Shown: positions 36,720-46,672 of the stretch, one piece after another
Position numbering within the stretch: the stretch's first letter is position 1
Layout of the letters: each line of letters opens with the position of its first letter
Origin: an uncultured Planctomycetota bacterium
GTDB taxonomy: Bacteria; Planctomycetota; Phycisphaerae; Tepidisphaerales; Tepidisphaeraceae
Length of the DNA: 64,000 nt
Direction of reading: 5' to 3'
Assembly (NCBI GenBank): GCA_963841915.1
Contig: CAWJEN010000005.1
Span: 1,250,717 to 1,314,716, forward strand
Position numbers and translations under genes: made by a program
The notes under the pieces: generated by a model
Databases searched by the model: none
What the model was told of the DNA's origin: nothing
The model's input: the letters and a program-made list of their open reading frames with translations, nothing else

Positions 36720-39700
36720 CTACTTGAGCGTCGCCAGCAGGTCGCTGAGCTTCTTGTCGCTGACTTTCTCAGCCGTGCCGAGGCCTTGGGCAAACAGGCT
36801 GACGCGATACTCTTCAAGCAACCAGCGGAACTTCATCCAACGCGGGCTCAGCGGCCCGGCCTCGATATCGCCGACGCGGTCCAGATACGCCTTCGAATAC
36901 GGAAAAACGGCGGTCGCCAGCCTGCTGTCACGGTCGAGGCCGGCGTCGAGCAGCTTCGTGTGACGCTGCGAAATGGCTGCGATATAACGCGGCAAATGCG
37001 GCAGGTAGCCAGGTGGTGTGCGGACCAAGAAGTCGCTCGGCACGAGGTGAGCAAGTTGCTCCTTCATGTCGTTGACGCTGCTCGTCAATATGTCTGGGAC
37101 ACGACGGTCGAGCTGCAGATAAACCTGCTGGCGGTGAGTCAGCACATTCTGCGCAACCGTCGCGACCTGCTTCACCACGCCACCGAGCTTGCCCCATGCG
37201 GCATTGACGCGCTCTTCGAAGGTTGCTTCGTCCCGCACGTCTGCCGCGTCTTCGCCCAGGAACAGTCGGTCGCCGCAGGCTTCGATCAGGTGCGCCCGGA
37301 AGCTGCCGGCATTCCCAAGTGGGGAAAACAGCAGGTCGAGCTTGCGCAGGTCCGGCAGGTCGCTGACCTGGTGCTTGATCTGGCTGGCATAGTCAATAAG
37401 CAGCAGGCGTCGCACGCCGCGGCGGTGGTTCGCTCGGGCGGCTTCGGGTGTTTCGAGCAGGCGCAGCGATGCCGAGTCGCCCTTGTCGATCAGCGCCGGA
37501 AAGCCTTGCACGCCTCGGCCGTTCATCCTGATTTCGACGCGTTCAGGGAGCTCTCCGACGCTCCACTTGACGATGTGATCCCGATGCCACGGGGAGTCGG
37601 GTAGCTTGGCGAGCTTGCCACGGGCTTGAACCCTTAGGAGTTTCCGCAGCTCCCGCACGTCACGACCGTGCGCGACCGGGCGGCCATTCTCATCGATGAC
37701 GCGCAGGTTCAACTTGAGATAGTCACTGAGCTCGTCAGGACGAAGATCAACTTCGTCAAGTGTGACGTCGCGCTCTTGTTGCAGGTACTTCGCGACGGCG
37801 GCCGTCAAAGCGGCTTCGCCGAATCGCATCGAAAGCACCGCCCGATGGGCGACCTCCGGCACGGGCACAAATTGCGTCCGAAGCTTCTTTGGCAGCGTGC
37901 GAATGAGGTCCGTCACCTTCTCCTCGATGAGGCCGGGCACAAGCCAATCGAGGCGGTCGGCGTCGATCGCGTGCAGGTCTGCCAGGTGCACCGTCGCCGT
38001 TACGCCATCGGCGACGTGGCCGGGATCAAACCGGTATTTCAAAGGCAGCTCGATGCCGTTCGTCTCGATGCTTTCTGGGAACTGACCGCCCTCGGCCTCG
38101 CTGAGCGAGCGGGCCATGAGGTCCTCAGGTCGCATGTACAGCAGGCGACGGTCCTGCTTCTCGGCGTCGCCACGCCAGCTGTCAAAGCTCCGCCAGTCGA
38201 CGACAGACGCGGGCAGCCGCGCATCGTAGAAGGCGAACTGCGTCGCCGGGTCGACCATGAGATCACGCCGACGCGTCTTGGCCTCGAGCAGTTCGACGTC
38301 GCGCACGAGTTGGCGGTTGTGCCTGAAAAACGCCGCGCCGCTTTCGAGATCGCCGTCGACGAGAGCGCTTTTGATGAAGATCGTGCGTGACTTCTTCGGG
38401 TCGACCTTGCCGTAGTCGATAGGCCGCTTGGCGATCGGCAGGCCCCAGAGCGTGACCTTCATCGGCGCGATGACGCGGCCGGTCTTCATCTGCCAATACG
38501 GCTCGCCGTAGGTCTTCTTGACGAGATCACCCGCCGCCGCCTCGACCCACTCGGGCTTGACGCTGCAGACGAAGCGGGCATACAGGCGTGACGTTTCGAC
38601 GAGCTCTGCCGCGACGACCCACTGCGGCTTGGAGCCGAACACGACGCTGCCTGGGAAGACAAAGAACTTGCGTCCGCGGACGCCGTCGTACTCGTTGGCC
38701 TCGCCCTTGTGCCCGACATTGCCAAGCAAACCGGGCAGCACGGCGCGGTGCACCTGCTCCGCCGACGCAGGGTCACGATTGAGCTTCCAGTTGCCCGGAG
38801 TCGGACCGGCTTCCTGACGGGAGCGGCTTTGTCCAGAACTGCCCAAGCCCGCGACCGCTTCACGCAACTGCCGCTGGACGTCGCCCCACTCCATCATGCG
38901 GAGGTAGTTGACGTACCTCGCTTTGCAGACCTGCTTGAGCTTGTTGCGGCTGAGTTCACGACGCTCCTTGACGTACCACCGCCAGAGGTTGACGAGCGTG
39001 AGCAGGTCGCTGCCGCCGGCCTTCCAGTCGGCGTGGGCGTCGTCGGCCTCCTTGCGCTTGTCCATAGGCCGCTCGCGCGGGTCCTGAACACTCAGTCCGG
39101 CAGCAATGATGATCATCTCGTCGAGACAATCCTCCTCGGCGGCGGCGAGGATCATGCGGCCGAACTTGGGATCCACCGGCAGCCGCGCAAGTTGTCGGCC
39201 GACGGTCGTCAGACGACGATGCTCGTCGAGGCCGCCGATTTCTTGAAGCGTCTGGTAGCCGTCACGCACCTGACGCGGGTCGGGCGGGTCGATGAACGGG
39301 AACTGCTCGACCGCCCCGAGGCCGAACGCGCTCATCTGCAGAATGACGGCAGCCAGGTTCGTTCTGGTGATCTCCGGGTCCGTGAACTCGGGTCGGCTGG
39401 CAAAATCGGGTTCGTCGAACAGGCGGATGCAGACGCCGTCACCGAGCCGTCCGCAGCGGCCTTTGCGTTGGTCGCTCGACGCCTGACTGATCGCCTCGAT
39501 CGGCAGCCGCTGTACCTTGCTTCTTGCAGAATACCTCGAGATGCGGGCAAGACCGGTATCTACGACGCTTCGGATGCCCGGCACGGTCAGCGACGTTTCG
39601 GCGACATTGGTGGCCAGCACGACGCGTCGCTTGCCGCCGGTCTTGAAGACGCGGTTCTGCTCGGCATTTGATAGACGCGCGTAAAGCGGCAGCACCTCGT

Positions 39701-40745
39701 ACGCCCCGAACTGCCCGTGCCTGCCACCGACGTGATCCTCAAGGGCTTTGGCGGCCTCTCGGATTTCCCGCTCGCCGCTAAGGAAGACGAGCGTGTCTCC
39801 GCCGGCAACCGTCGGGTCGCGTCCTAGCTCATCGACGGCAGCGATGATGGCGTCGTTGATTTCTTCAGGCTGCGAGCCCCGACCGTGAGGGAGGGGTTCG
39901 GGACGATCCTCAGAAACCCCTCCCTCACGGTCGGGGCTCGCTGTTCCGTCGAACAGGGGTCGGTACCGAACTTCGACGGGATAGGTGCGACCCGACACCA
40001 TGATGACCGGACAGACGTCTGGTCCGCCGAAATGGTCGCTGAATCGCTGCGGGTCGATAGTCGCCGACGTGACGACCACTTTCAGCTCCGGCCTGAGGTC
40101 AAGCAGGTTTTTGAGGTGGCCTAGCAGAAAGTCGATGTTGAGCGATCGCTCGTGCGCCTCGTCGACGATGATCGTGTCGTACTGGTTCAGGAACCGGTCG
40201 CCCTGCATCTCTGCCAGCAGGATGCCGTCGGTCATGAGCTTGACGAGGCTCGTCGGTGACGTCTCATCGTGGAATCGAACTTTGTAGCCGACGGTCTCGC
40301 CGAGCGATGATTTCATCTCATCGGCGACGCGTGCGGCGACGGTTCGGGCGGCGATGCGGCGGGGCTGCGTGTGGCCGATCGTGCCGTAGACGCCGCGGCC
40401 GGCTTCAAGGCAGATCTTGGGCAGCTGTGTCGTCTTACCGCTGCCGGTCTCGCCGCAGACGACGACGCAACGGTGATCGCGAACCGCATCTATAATCTCA
40501 CCGCGCTTCTGACTGACGGGCAGTTCTACCGGATACGTCAGGGCCGGGACGGACGCCCGTCGCGACGCTGCCATCGCTGCCGAGTGTTCTGCCGGCACAA
40601 GCACCTTGGCCAGCTGATCAGGCGTCGGCTCGCTGCGACGACTCAGGCCGTGCAGGCGACGCTCAAGGCGATGGCGATCGCGCAGCATCGTCTGGCCGAT
40701 GACCTCAGCCACGCGATCAAAAGTCACATCGTCGACAACAGACAC
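36720..40745 (-). CDS. hrpA: ATP-dependent RNA helicase HrpA
   Basis: [56 protein letters not shown]. Confidence 0.95.
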   Translation of the reverse strand: MSVVDDVTFDRVAEVIGQTMLRDRHRLERRLHGLSRRSEPTPDQLAKVLVPAEHSAAMAASRRASVPALTYPVELPVSQKRGEIIDAVRDHRCVVVCGETGSGKTTQLPKICLEAGRGVYGTIGHTQPRRIAARTVAARVADEMKSSLGETVGYKVRFHDETSPTSLVKLMTDGILLAEMQGDRFLNQYDTIIVDEAHERSLNIDFLLGHLKNLLDLRPELKVVVTSATIDPQRFSDHFGGPDVCPVIMVSGRTYPVEVRYRPLFDGTASPDREGGVSEDRPEPLPHGRGSQPEEINDAIIAAVDELGRDPTVAGGDTLVFLSGEREIREAAKALEDHVGGRHGQFGAYEVLPLYARLSNAEQNRVFKTGGKRRVVLATNVAETSLTVPGIRSVVDTGLARISRYSARSKVQRLPIEAISQASSDQRKGRCGRLGDGVCIRLFDEPDFASRPEFTDPEITRTNLAAVILQMSAFGLGAVEQFPFIDPPDPRQVRDGYQTLQEIGGLDEHRRLTTVGRQLARLPVDPKFGRMILAAAEEDCLDEMIIIAAGLSVQDPRERPMDKRKEADDAHADWKAGGSDLLTLVNLWRWYVKERRELSRNKLKQVCKARYVNYLRMMEWGDVQRQLREAVAGLGSSGQSRSRQEAGPTPGNWKLNRDPASAEQVHRAVLPGLLGNVGHKGEANEYDGVRGRKFFVFPGSVVFGSKPQWVVAAELVETSRLYARFVCSVKPEWVEAAAGDLVKKTYGEPYWQMKTGRVIAPMKVTLWGLPIAKRPIDYGKVDPKKSRTIFIKSALVDGDLESGAAFFRHNRQLVRDVELLEAKTRRRDLMVDPATQFAFYDARLPASVVDWRSFDSWRGDAEKQDRRLLYMRPEDLMARSLSEAEGGQFPESIETNGIELPLKYRFDPGHVADGVTATVHLADLHAIDADRLDWLVPGLIEEKVTDLIRTLPKKLRTQFVPVPEVAHRAVLSMRFGEAALTAAVAKYLQQERDVTLDEVDLRPDELSDYLKLNLRVIDENGRPVAHGRDVRELRKLLRVQARGKLAKLPDSPWHRDHIVKWSVGELPERVEIRMNGRGVQGFPALIDKGDSASLRLLETPEAARANHRRGVRRLLLIDYASQIKHQVSDLPDLRKLDLLFSPLGNAGSFRAHLIEACGDRLFLGEDAADVRDEATFEERVNAAWGKLGGVVKQVATVAQNVLTHRQQVYLQLDRRVPDILTSSVNDMKEQLAHLVPSDFLVRTPPGYLPHLPRYIAAISQRHTKLLDAGLDRDSRLATAVFPYSKAYLDRVGDIEAGPLSPRWMKFRWLLEEYRVSLFAQGLGTAEKVSDKKLSDLLATLK
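39872..39941. repeat. REP-like perfect 27-bp inverted repeat inside hrpA, in frame
   Basis: GCGAGCCCCGACCGTGAGGGAGGGGTT-N16-AACCCCTCCCTCACGGTCGGGGCTCGC. Confidence 0.9.
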
Positions 40746-40802
40746 GGGAGGGGCACGTTAGGTATCCAGTAGCCAGCGAAGGAGTGTCGACTATTGTGCA
40801 AC

Positions 40803-41537
40803 ATGTCCCTTCCCATCGGCCTTCAGCTTTACACGGTTCGCGATCTCCTGACCGGTGATCAGCTTGGTGACACGTGCAAGAAATTGGCTGACATCGGCTA
40901 CACCCATGCCGAAGTCGGACCTTTTTCTGGTCACACCACCGAGGCCGTGACGAAGGCGAGTCGCGACGCCGGCCTGACCGTGGTCGGCAGCCACGAAGGC
41001 AGCCTCATCGAAGACTCGGCCGACGATACGCTGAAGATGCTGGCCGACCTGGGCATTAAGCACGCCGTCCAGCCGTATCTGACAGAAGAACATCGCACGG
41101 CAGAGGGGTACAAGAAGGTCGCCGACAAGCTCGGCAAGCTCAGGCACGATGACATCGCGATCCTGTACCACAACCACGAGTGGGAGTTCGACAAGCTCGA
41201 CGGCGACAGGACCGGCTATGACGTGCTGATCATGGAGACGCCCGTCGCGGTCGAGCTCGATACGTGCTGGGTGAGCGTCGCAGGGCACGACCCCGTGCAA
41301 CTCATGAAGTCGCTGCAGGACCGGTTGCACCTCATCCACGTCAAGGACTGCAACGACTTCGAGAAGAAGACGCTCTGCGAGCTCGGCGACGGCAAGGTAC
41401 CTGTCAAGGACATCGTCGCCGCTGCGCCCAGCTGCGGCGTCGAGTGCCTCATTGTCGAGCAGGACGGTGATTGGATGAACAACGACCCGATGGCGTCGGT
41501 GAAGAAGAGCTACGACTACCTGAAGTCGATTCTCTGA
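40803..41537 (+). CDS. Sugar phosphate isomerase/epimerase (xylose isomerase-like TIM barrel)
   Basis: GLQLYTVR, YHNHEWEF, ELDTCW, HVKD, VEQD. Confidence 0.9.
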   Translation: MSLPIGLQLYTVRDLLTGDQLGDTCKKLADIGYTHAEVGPFSGHTTEAVTKASRDAGLTVVGSHEGSLIEDSADDTLKMLADLGIKHAVQPYLTEEHRTAEGYKKVADKLGKLRHDDIAILYHNHEWEFDKLDGDRTGYDVLIMETPVAVELDTCWVSVAGHDPVQLMKSLQDRLHLIHVKDCNDFEKKTLCELGDGKVPVKDIVAAAPSCGVECLIVEQDGDWMNNDPMASVKKSYDYLKSIL

Positions 41538-41541
41538 CACG

Positions 41542-41964
41542 CTAGGGCGTCGCGTCACAGCCCAACGAGTCACCGCAGAACTGGACGTCGCTGCAGTCGG
41601 GGGTCGGGCCGCACCACCACCAGTCGCACCAGTGGTCAAATCGGCCACGCTTCCTCGAGCCTTTTTCGCGCTCGTCGCTTGCCTGTCGCTGGGCTTGCTC
41701 ACGGCGGTCCTGCTCGTCCAGCAGGGAGAAGGCAGCACCACGGCAGCGGTCGAACCGTCGCCGCATGAGGCGACGGGACGTCACGACGCCGAAGCGGCGG
41801 ACGATCTCGAGGCCGAAGGCTGAGCATGACCTGCCACCGTGGACGAGTCGGTGCGGACACGACCATCCCTTGTGCGGGCTGATCATCCGTCGATACAGGA
41901 GGATGAGCGTCGTCGCCGACAGATCCAGCGGCAGCACGGTGACGTGGCGGGGCGGCAGACGCAT
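41542..41964 (-). CDS. YidD/DUF37-like (membrane protein insertion efficiency factor-like) protein
   Basis: LYRRMISPHKGWSCPHR...SCS...RRFDRC. Confidence 0.7.
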   Translation of the reverse strand: MRLPPRHVTVLPLDLSATTLILLYRRMISPHKGWSCPHRLVHGGRSCSAFGLEIVRRFGVVTSRRLMRRRFDRCRGAAFSLLDEQDRREQAQRQASDEREKGSRKRGRFDHWCDWWWCGPTPDCSDVQFCGDSLGCDATP

Positions 41965-41974
41965 CAGCGGTGGG

Positions 41975-43237
41975 TTATACCCGCCGGACGACCAGCGTGT
42001 CGTTCTGCCCGCCGAAGCCGAAGTTGTTCGTCATCACCACGTCCAGGCGGTCGACCTTCCGTGACACGTTCGGCACATAGTCGAGGTCGCATTCGGGTCC
42101 GGCACGATCCAGATTGATCGTCGGCGGCAGCGTCCGGTCACGAATGGCAAGGACGCACGCAATCAATTCCACCGCTCCGCTGGCGGCGATCAAGTGCCCC
42201 ATCATGCTCTTGATGCTGCTGACCGGTACGTCCTTCGCCCGATCGCCCAGCGCTTTCTTGATGGCGGCTGTTTCGGTCGAGTCGTTCTCCTTGGTGCCAG
42301 TGCCGTGGGCGTTGACGTAGTCGATGTCGGCAGGCGTCACGCCGGCATCGTCCATCGCCTGAAGCATGGCGCGGACGGCCCCTTCGCCCTCGGGGTGTTG
42401 GTCGGTCACGCGGAATGCGTCGGCGGTGCTGCCGTACCCGGCAACCTCGGCAATGGGCTTGGCACCACGTTCGGCCGCGTGCCTGGCCGATTCGATTACA
42501 AGCATGCCGCTACCTTCGCCGAGCACAAAGCCGGCGCGGTCGGCGTCGAACGGCCGGCTGGCTCTCTGCGGATCTTCGTTCCGCTGCGACAGGGCGGTCA
42601 GGCGGTTGAACCCGGTGACGCCCAGCGGGTGGATCATGGAATGTGCTCCGCCGACCAGCATGGCGTCGGCCTCGCCGCGTCGGATCATCTCAGCCGCCTC
42701 GCCCGTCGCCTGGCAGCTTGCGGCACAAGCCGTCAGGCAGTTGGCAGACGGCCCGTGAGCTCCGGCCAGGCGTGCCACGTGGAACAACGGCATGTTCGGC
42801 TCCTGCTCGTGCTCACGGGTCACGTCCATCAATTGCGACGCGACTTCGTGCCACGCGGCCACATCAAAGTCGCTGCCGTGCTGCCCTGCCAAGGCGGCGG
42901 CGGTGTAGGCGCTGTAGTCGAGCGAACCCTCACCGCTGCCGAGGTAAACGCCAAACCGTTCGGAATCGACCGCGTCCATGATCCCGCTTGCTGCGAGTGC
43001 TTGCTTGGCAGCCCCCATGGCAAACGCGGTGTTACGGCCGACGTTACCAAAGGGCTTGACGTCGTACTCCCGTACTTGTGCTGAAAAGGTGGTCGGGAAG
43101 GCTGAGGCGTCGAACAGGTCGGTCCGCGACACGCCGCTCTCGCCATCGAGCAGTCGTTGCCACACGCTCTGCAGATCATGGCCCATCGGCGTGATCCAGC
43201 CCATCCCGGTGATGACAACGCGGTCGTCGCTACGCAT
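41975..43237 (-). CDS. fabF: Beta-ketoacyl-ACP synthase II-like (intact Cys-His-His)
   Basis: TACAAS, NAHGTGT, KSMMGH, NNFGFGGQN. Confidence 0.9.
   Translation of the reverse strand: MRSDDRVVITGMGWITPMGHDLQSVWQRLLDGESGVSRTDLFDASAFPTTFSAQVREYDVKPFGNVGRNTAFAMGAAKQALAASGIMDAVDSERFGVYLGSGEGSLDYSAYTAAALAGQHGSDFDVAAWHEVASQLMDVTREHEQEPNMPLFHVARLAGAHGPSANCLTACAASCQATGEAAEMIRRGEADAMLVGGAHSMIHPLGVTGFNRLTALSQRNEDPQRASRPFDADRAGFVLGEGSGMLVIESARHAAERGAKPIAEVAGYGSTADAFRVTDQHPEGEGAVRAMLQAMDDAGVTPADIDYVNAHGTGTKENDSTETAAIKKALGDRAKDVPVSSIKSMMGHLIAASGAVELIACVLAIRDRTLPPTINLDRAGPECDLDYVPNVSRKVDRLDVVMTNNFGFGGQNDTLVVRRV
42771..42786. promoter_or_regulatory. Weak parS-like site inside fabF (14/16)
   Basis: CGTGCCACGTGGAACA. 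Confidence 0.35.
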
Positions 43238-43315
43238 GGCGGAGGGTAGAGCAGGTAGTGGGCGACGAAGTTGCACCAGAGGTGTCAAAGCCAGTGACGG
43301 TGCTCTGAAGTGTGT

Positions 43316-44605
43316 TCAATCGACACGTCGCAACACCAGCGACGCGTTTTGTCCCCCGAGGCCGAAGCTGGCTGTCAACGCGACGTCGACCCTCGCTTCT
43401 CGACGCTCCTGTGCAACGTTCAGCGACGCGTCGATCAGAGTCGTGACCCGTGGCGTGGGTGGCAGCGCACCGTCGTGAACTGCCATAGCGGCGAAGGCGA
43501 TGTCCATCGCACATCCTGCCGCGGCGGTGCCGACAGCATGCTTGGTCGGGCACAGAGCCGGCTTCGACAGGTCGTCGCCGAACACGCGCTTCAGGCCCGA
43601 AAGCTCAGAGGCGTCGTGGTGGGCAATGCCGAGCCCGTGCGGCACGACGGCGTCGACCTCACCCGCTTCGACGCCTGCCTCACGCAATGCCGCCCGGCAT
43701 GCGGCGGCGTAGGCCTTGCCCTCGGGGTCGGGAAGGGCAGGGTCGACGGTGTCTTGCGAGCTTCCGAACCCTGCAATTTCCGCATAGATCGTCGCTCCAC
43801 GAGCGCGGGCGTGGTCGAGCTCTTCGAGGATGAGCAACGCGCCGCCGTCTGCCGCGGCGCAACCGTCGGCGGACTGATCGAAAGGCTTGACGGCGTCGCC
43901 GGTCGTCAGGCGGCCGAGCAACTGCTGGCGGATCACGCCCATCGGGCTCAGCAGTGCCTCGGCACCGCCGGCAATGGCCAGATCACACTTGCCGCGGCGG
44001 ATCGATCGGGTCGCTTCGCCGATGCTGAGCGAGCCGCTTGCCTCTGCGCACGTGATGTTGTTCGACGGGCCGGTCAACCCGTGGATGATCGTTACGTGAC
44101 ACGCCAGCATGTTCGGCAGGTACTTCAGTAGCCACAACGGCGTTAGCTGGTTCATGCCCTCCCGGCCCCACTTCTGCCAGTCGATCTTGCCGTCGTCCCC
44201 GCGAGCGACGTCAAAGGCGGCAGACAGTTCGTCGAGCTCGGCTGAGATGAGACCAGCCCCGATGTTGCAGCCGAACCTGGCCGAGTCGTAGCTTGCGCCC
44301 TCGTCGTCGGCGCGGCTCTTGAGGCCGCTTGAGGAAAAAGCATCTTGTGCAGCGACGACGGCAAGCTGGATGTCGCGCGCCATCATCTTCGTCGCCTTGC
44401 GGTACGACTTGGGCACGTGCTGAGCGATCTTGAACTCGGGAGGACGGCCCGCGATGGTCGAAGCAAAGCCGCCGGCCTGGAGCCAGTCGTCCTTTCTTAC
44501 GCCTGAATCGCCCGCCAGCAGTCGTTGCCACGACTCGGCGGCGGTGAGGCCGAGCGGCGAGACCATGCCAATTCCCGTGATGACGACGCGCCGGCGGTGG
44601 GGCAT
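43316..44605 (-). CDS. Beta-ketoacyl-ACP synthase-like protein with degenerate active site (chain-length-factor-like)
   Basis: RRVVITGIG, ITCAEASG, PHGLG, TKHAVGT (second catalytic His absent), ASFGLGGQN. Confidence 0.8.
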   Translation of the reverse strand: MPHRRRVVITGIGMVSPLGLTAAESWQRLLAGDSGVRKDDWLQAGGFASTIAGRPPEFKIAQHVPKSYRKATKMMARDIQLAVVAAQDAFSSSGLKSRADDEGASYDSARFGCNIGAGLISAELDELSAAFDVARGDDGKIDWQKWGREGMNQLTPLWLLKYLPNMLACHVTIIHGLTGPSNNITCAEASGSLSIGEATRSIRRGKCDLAIAGGAEALLSPMGVIRQQLLGRLTTGDAVKPFDQSADGCAAADGGALLILEELDHARARGATIYAEIAGFGSSQDTVDPALPDPEGKAYAAACRAALREAGVEAGEVDAVVPHGLGIAHHDASELSGLKRVFGDDLSKPALCPTKHAVGTAAAGCAMDIAFAAMAVHDGALPPTPRVTTLIDASLNVAQERREARVDVALTASFGLGGQNASLVLRRVD

Positions 44606-44618
44606 GGCCGCAGCCTAC

Positions 44619-44943
44619 GCGCTGCGCGGCGGCGGCCACTTCGGGCTGACGGCGGCGGCAACACAGACCAATGTTCCACGTGGAACATTGCCAACCCCTT
44701 TGGCGGTCCGCCAAGCGGGTTCATCGTCATGGCGAACGGAGCAACACGGTCGGCAGGTGGTGGCCCAGCTTGCCGGGGCCGCCCGAACTGCCGCCGTCAT
44801 TCGTCGGCGGGTCGTCCGCCGTCAGGAAGGGGTGCTTCAAAAACTACGAACGTCGTGCGTGTAAAGGCGCGACTAGCCCTACGCCGTCATGCGCTACTGC
44901 GAGAAAAATGCGGTGCGCAACGGCGGCCGCGGCGGCGCAGCGC
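44619..44943. repeat. parS-bearing intergenic element, copy 2 (inverted relative to copy 1)
   Basis: Ends GCGCTGCGCGGCGGCGGCC...GGCCGCGGCGGCGCAGCGC (17/19 inverted match); 18-mer at 44802-44819, 14-mer at 44844-44857. Confidence 0.7.
44672..44687. promoter_or_regulatory. parS: parS site (perfect)
   Basis: TGTTCCACGTGGAACA, within the 22-bp palindrome CAATGTTCCACGTGGAACATTG. Confidence 0.9.
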
Positions 44944-44945
44944 CC

Positions 44946-45423
44946 TCACACCAACTCGGGCGTCTTGACACCTTCGAGCAGAGACATGAATTGCGGCGTG
45001 AAGACAAAGTTGTGCTCCGGAAAGCCAAGCCCGCTCATGTTCTGGTCGATGTGGCTGAACATCATCGAGATCGTCGCGACCAGCTCGTCGCCCACCTTGG
45101 CCGTGCCGCTGCAACTGGCACCTGCGGTGCCGAAGGTGTCGAGTGTCGCCTCGTACCGGATGACGTCGCCGGGCCGCACGAGCCGCTCGAAGTCGGCCTT
45201 GCCGATCTTGGCGAGGATGACCTTTTCCTTGAAATGCGCCCGCATCGCCGACGAGAATGCCCGCGGTCTGGGCAAACCCTTCGACAATGAGTGAGTGCGG
45301 AAAGATCGGCAGCGACGGGTACAGATCGTGCAGATGATCCTCCGCCGCCGTCACCGCCTTAATGGCCGTCGCGGACGTGCCGGACTCGAAGTGCTCGAAA
45401 CGGTCGATCCAGATCCAGCGCAT
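44946..45423 (-). CDS. FabZ-like 3-hydroxyacyl-ACP dehydratase; +1 frameshift near 45240 (likely assembly indel)
   Basis: MRWIWIDRF...AEDHLHD...SLIVEGFAQTAGILVG in one frame; FKEKVILAKI...VRPGD...NFVF in the next. Confidence 0.75.
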
Positions 45424-45542
45424 GGTTGAAGGTAGGGGCGGGTATTGGTATGGGCAGAGTCGGAGGAAGCGCGAAGGCGCGAAGAAAGGCGAAGAGAGAG
45501 CGAAGCAGAAGCAGAAAAGAGAAGGGGTTCAGAATCTGAGTG

Positions 45543-46379
45543 CTACTCCCCTTCCTTCTTCTGACCTTCGCTCTCTCTTCGCCTTCCTTCGCGCCTTCGC
45601 ACTTCCTCCGACCGCCGCTCAGGCGCCTTCTTCATGTCGAGTGTGCCTTCTTCTTCAATTTTGCCGGAGCGTTGGAGCCAGGTGGCTGCGCCCCAGACGA
45701 CGAGAGCCCAGGAGAGGCCGATGAGCCAACCGGCAATGACGTCGGTCGGCCAATGGACGCCAAGGAAGACGCGGCTGAGGCCCACGAGCAGCGGAATCAG
45801 CAGACCGATGCCGAAGATGTACGCCTTCATGCCCGGCGACTTGACGAGCTTGGCCAGCAGCACCGCCATCGTCAGCCAGGCGACGGCCGAGTTGGCGCTG
45901 TGGCCGCTGGGGAAGCTCGGCGTCATCGTGTGACTGCGGTGGGCGAACACGTCAGGCCGCGGGCGGTCGAAGATCTCCTTGAGGATCAAGCTGATGACGA
46001 GCCCGCCGACCACGCTGGCGATGACGAACAGCATCGCCTTCCACCGGCCACCGAGGCCGAGGAAGATGACGACGCCCAGCGTCATTAGCGAGATAGCAGC
46101 CGTTCCACCGAGTGCGGTGAGGTCGCGACCGACCTCTTGCCAGAACCCGCTGAGCGTGTCGTACCTGCCGCCGACGGCTTCGAGGATCGACAGGTCGAAT
46201 GAACGCGTGTCATTGTCACTGACTTCGTCGGCAATGGCGATAAAGCCCCACGTCCCGGCCGTCGCCAGCAGGATCGCGACGATCGGCAACCACCCGCGAC
46301 TGCCGAGGTATTCGAGCCAATGCCGCGCCTTCCCCGCCAGGCCACGCTCGGTCCAATGAAGCTGCTCGTCGTTCGTCAC
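45543..46379 (-). CDS. PAP2-family membrane phosphatase
   Basis: KEIFDRPRP, SFPSGH, SRVFLGVHWPTDV. Confidence 0.92.
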   Translation of the reverse strand: MTNDEQLHWTERGLAGKARHWLEYLGSRGWLPIVAILLATAGTWGFIAIADEVSDNDTRSFDLSILEAVGGRYDTLSGFWQEVGRDLTALGGTAAISLMTLGVVIFLGLGGRWKAMLFVIASVVGGLVISLILKEIFDRPRPDVFAHRSHTMTPSFPSGHSANSAVAWLTMAVLLAKLVKSPGMKAYIFGIGLLIPLLVGLSRVFLGVHWPTDVIAGWLIGLSWALVVWGAATWLQRSGKIEEEGTLDMKKAPERRSEEVRRREGRRRESEGQKKEGE

Positions 46380-46494
46380 GACGGCAGGCTAGGGGCTTGT
46401 GAGCAGCCTGTTAACGGGCAGATCGCAGCCATGACTGTTGGGCGTGCGCGACATCTAGCTGCGGGCGACTGGAACCGTCGCGTTTTGCGAGTCG

Positions 46495-46661
46495 CCCCGA
46501 GCCGCGGTCCCACGAACCGTCGGTCTGACGAGGCAGGCAGCACTACGCCTCCGTGCTCCAGGCAGCGGTTGTCCGCTCAGGCCAAGTCTTCTTCCGGGAA
46601 GCCATAAGCACGTTGCTATCGCTCTCGTCAGACCGGCGGTCCGTGGGACCGCGGCTCGGGG
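46495..46661. repeat. REPIN/MITE-like doublet: 38-bp inverted arms around a 91-nt spacer
   Basis: CCCCGAGCCGCGGTCCCACGAACCGTCGGTCTGACGAG and its reverse complement at 46624-46661 (2 mismatches). Confidence 0.85.
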
Positions 46662-46672
46662 GCTTTCCCTTA

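Noticed and set aside
45225..45255. Regulated frameshift in the fabZ-like gene
   Set aside because: A single extra base with both halves intact, matching the pattern of other indels in the window; most likely assembly error.
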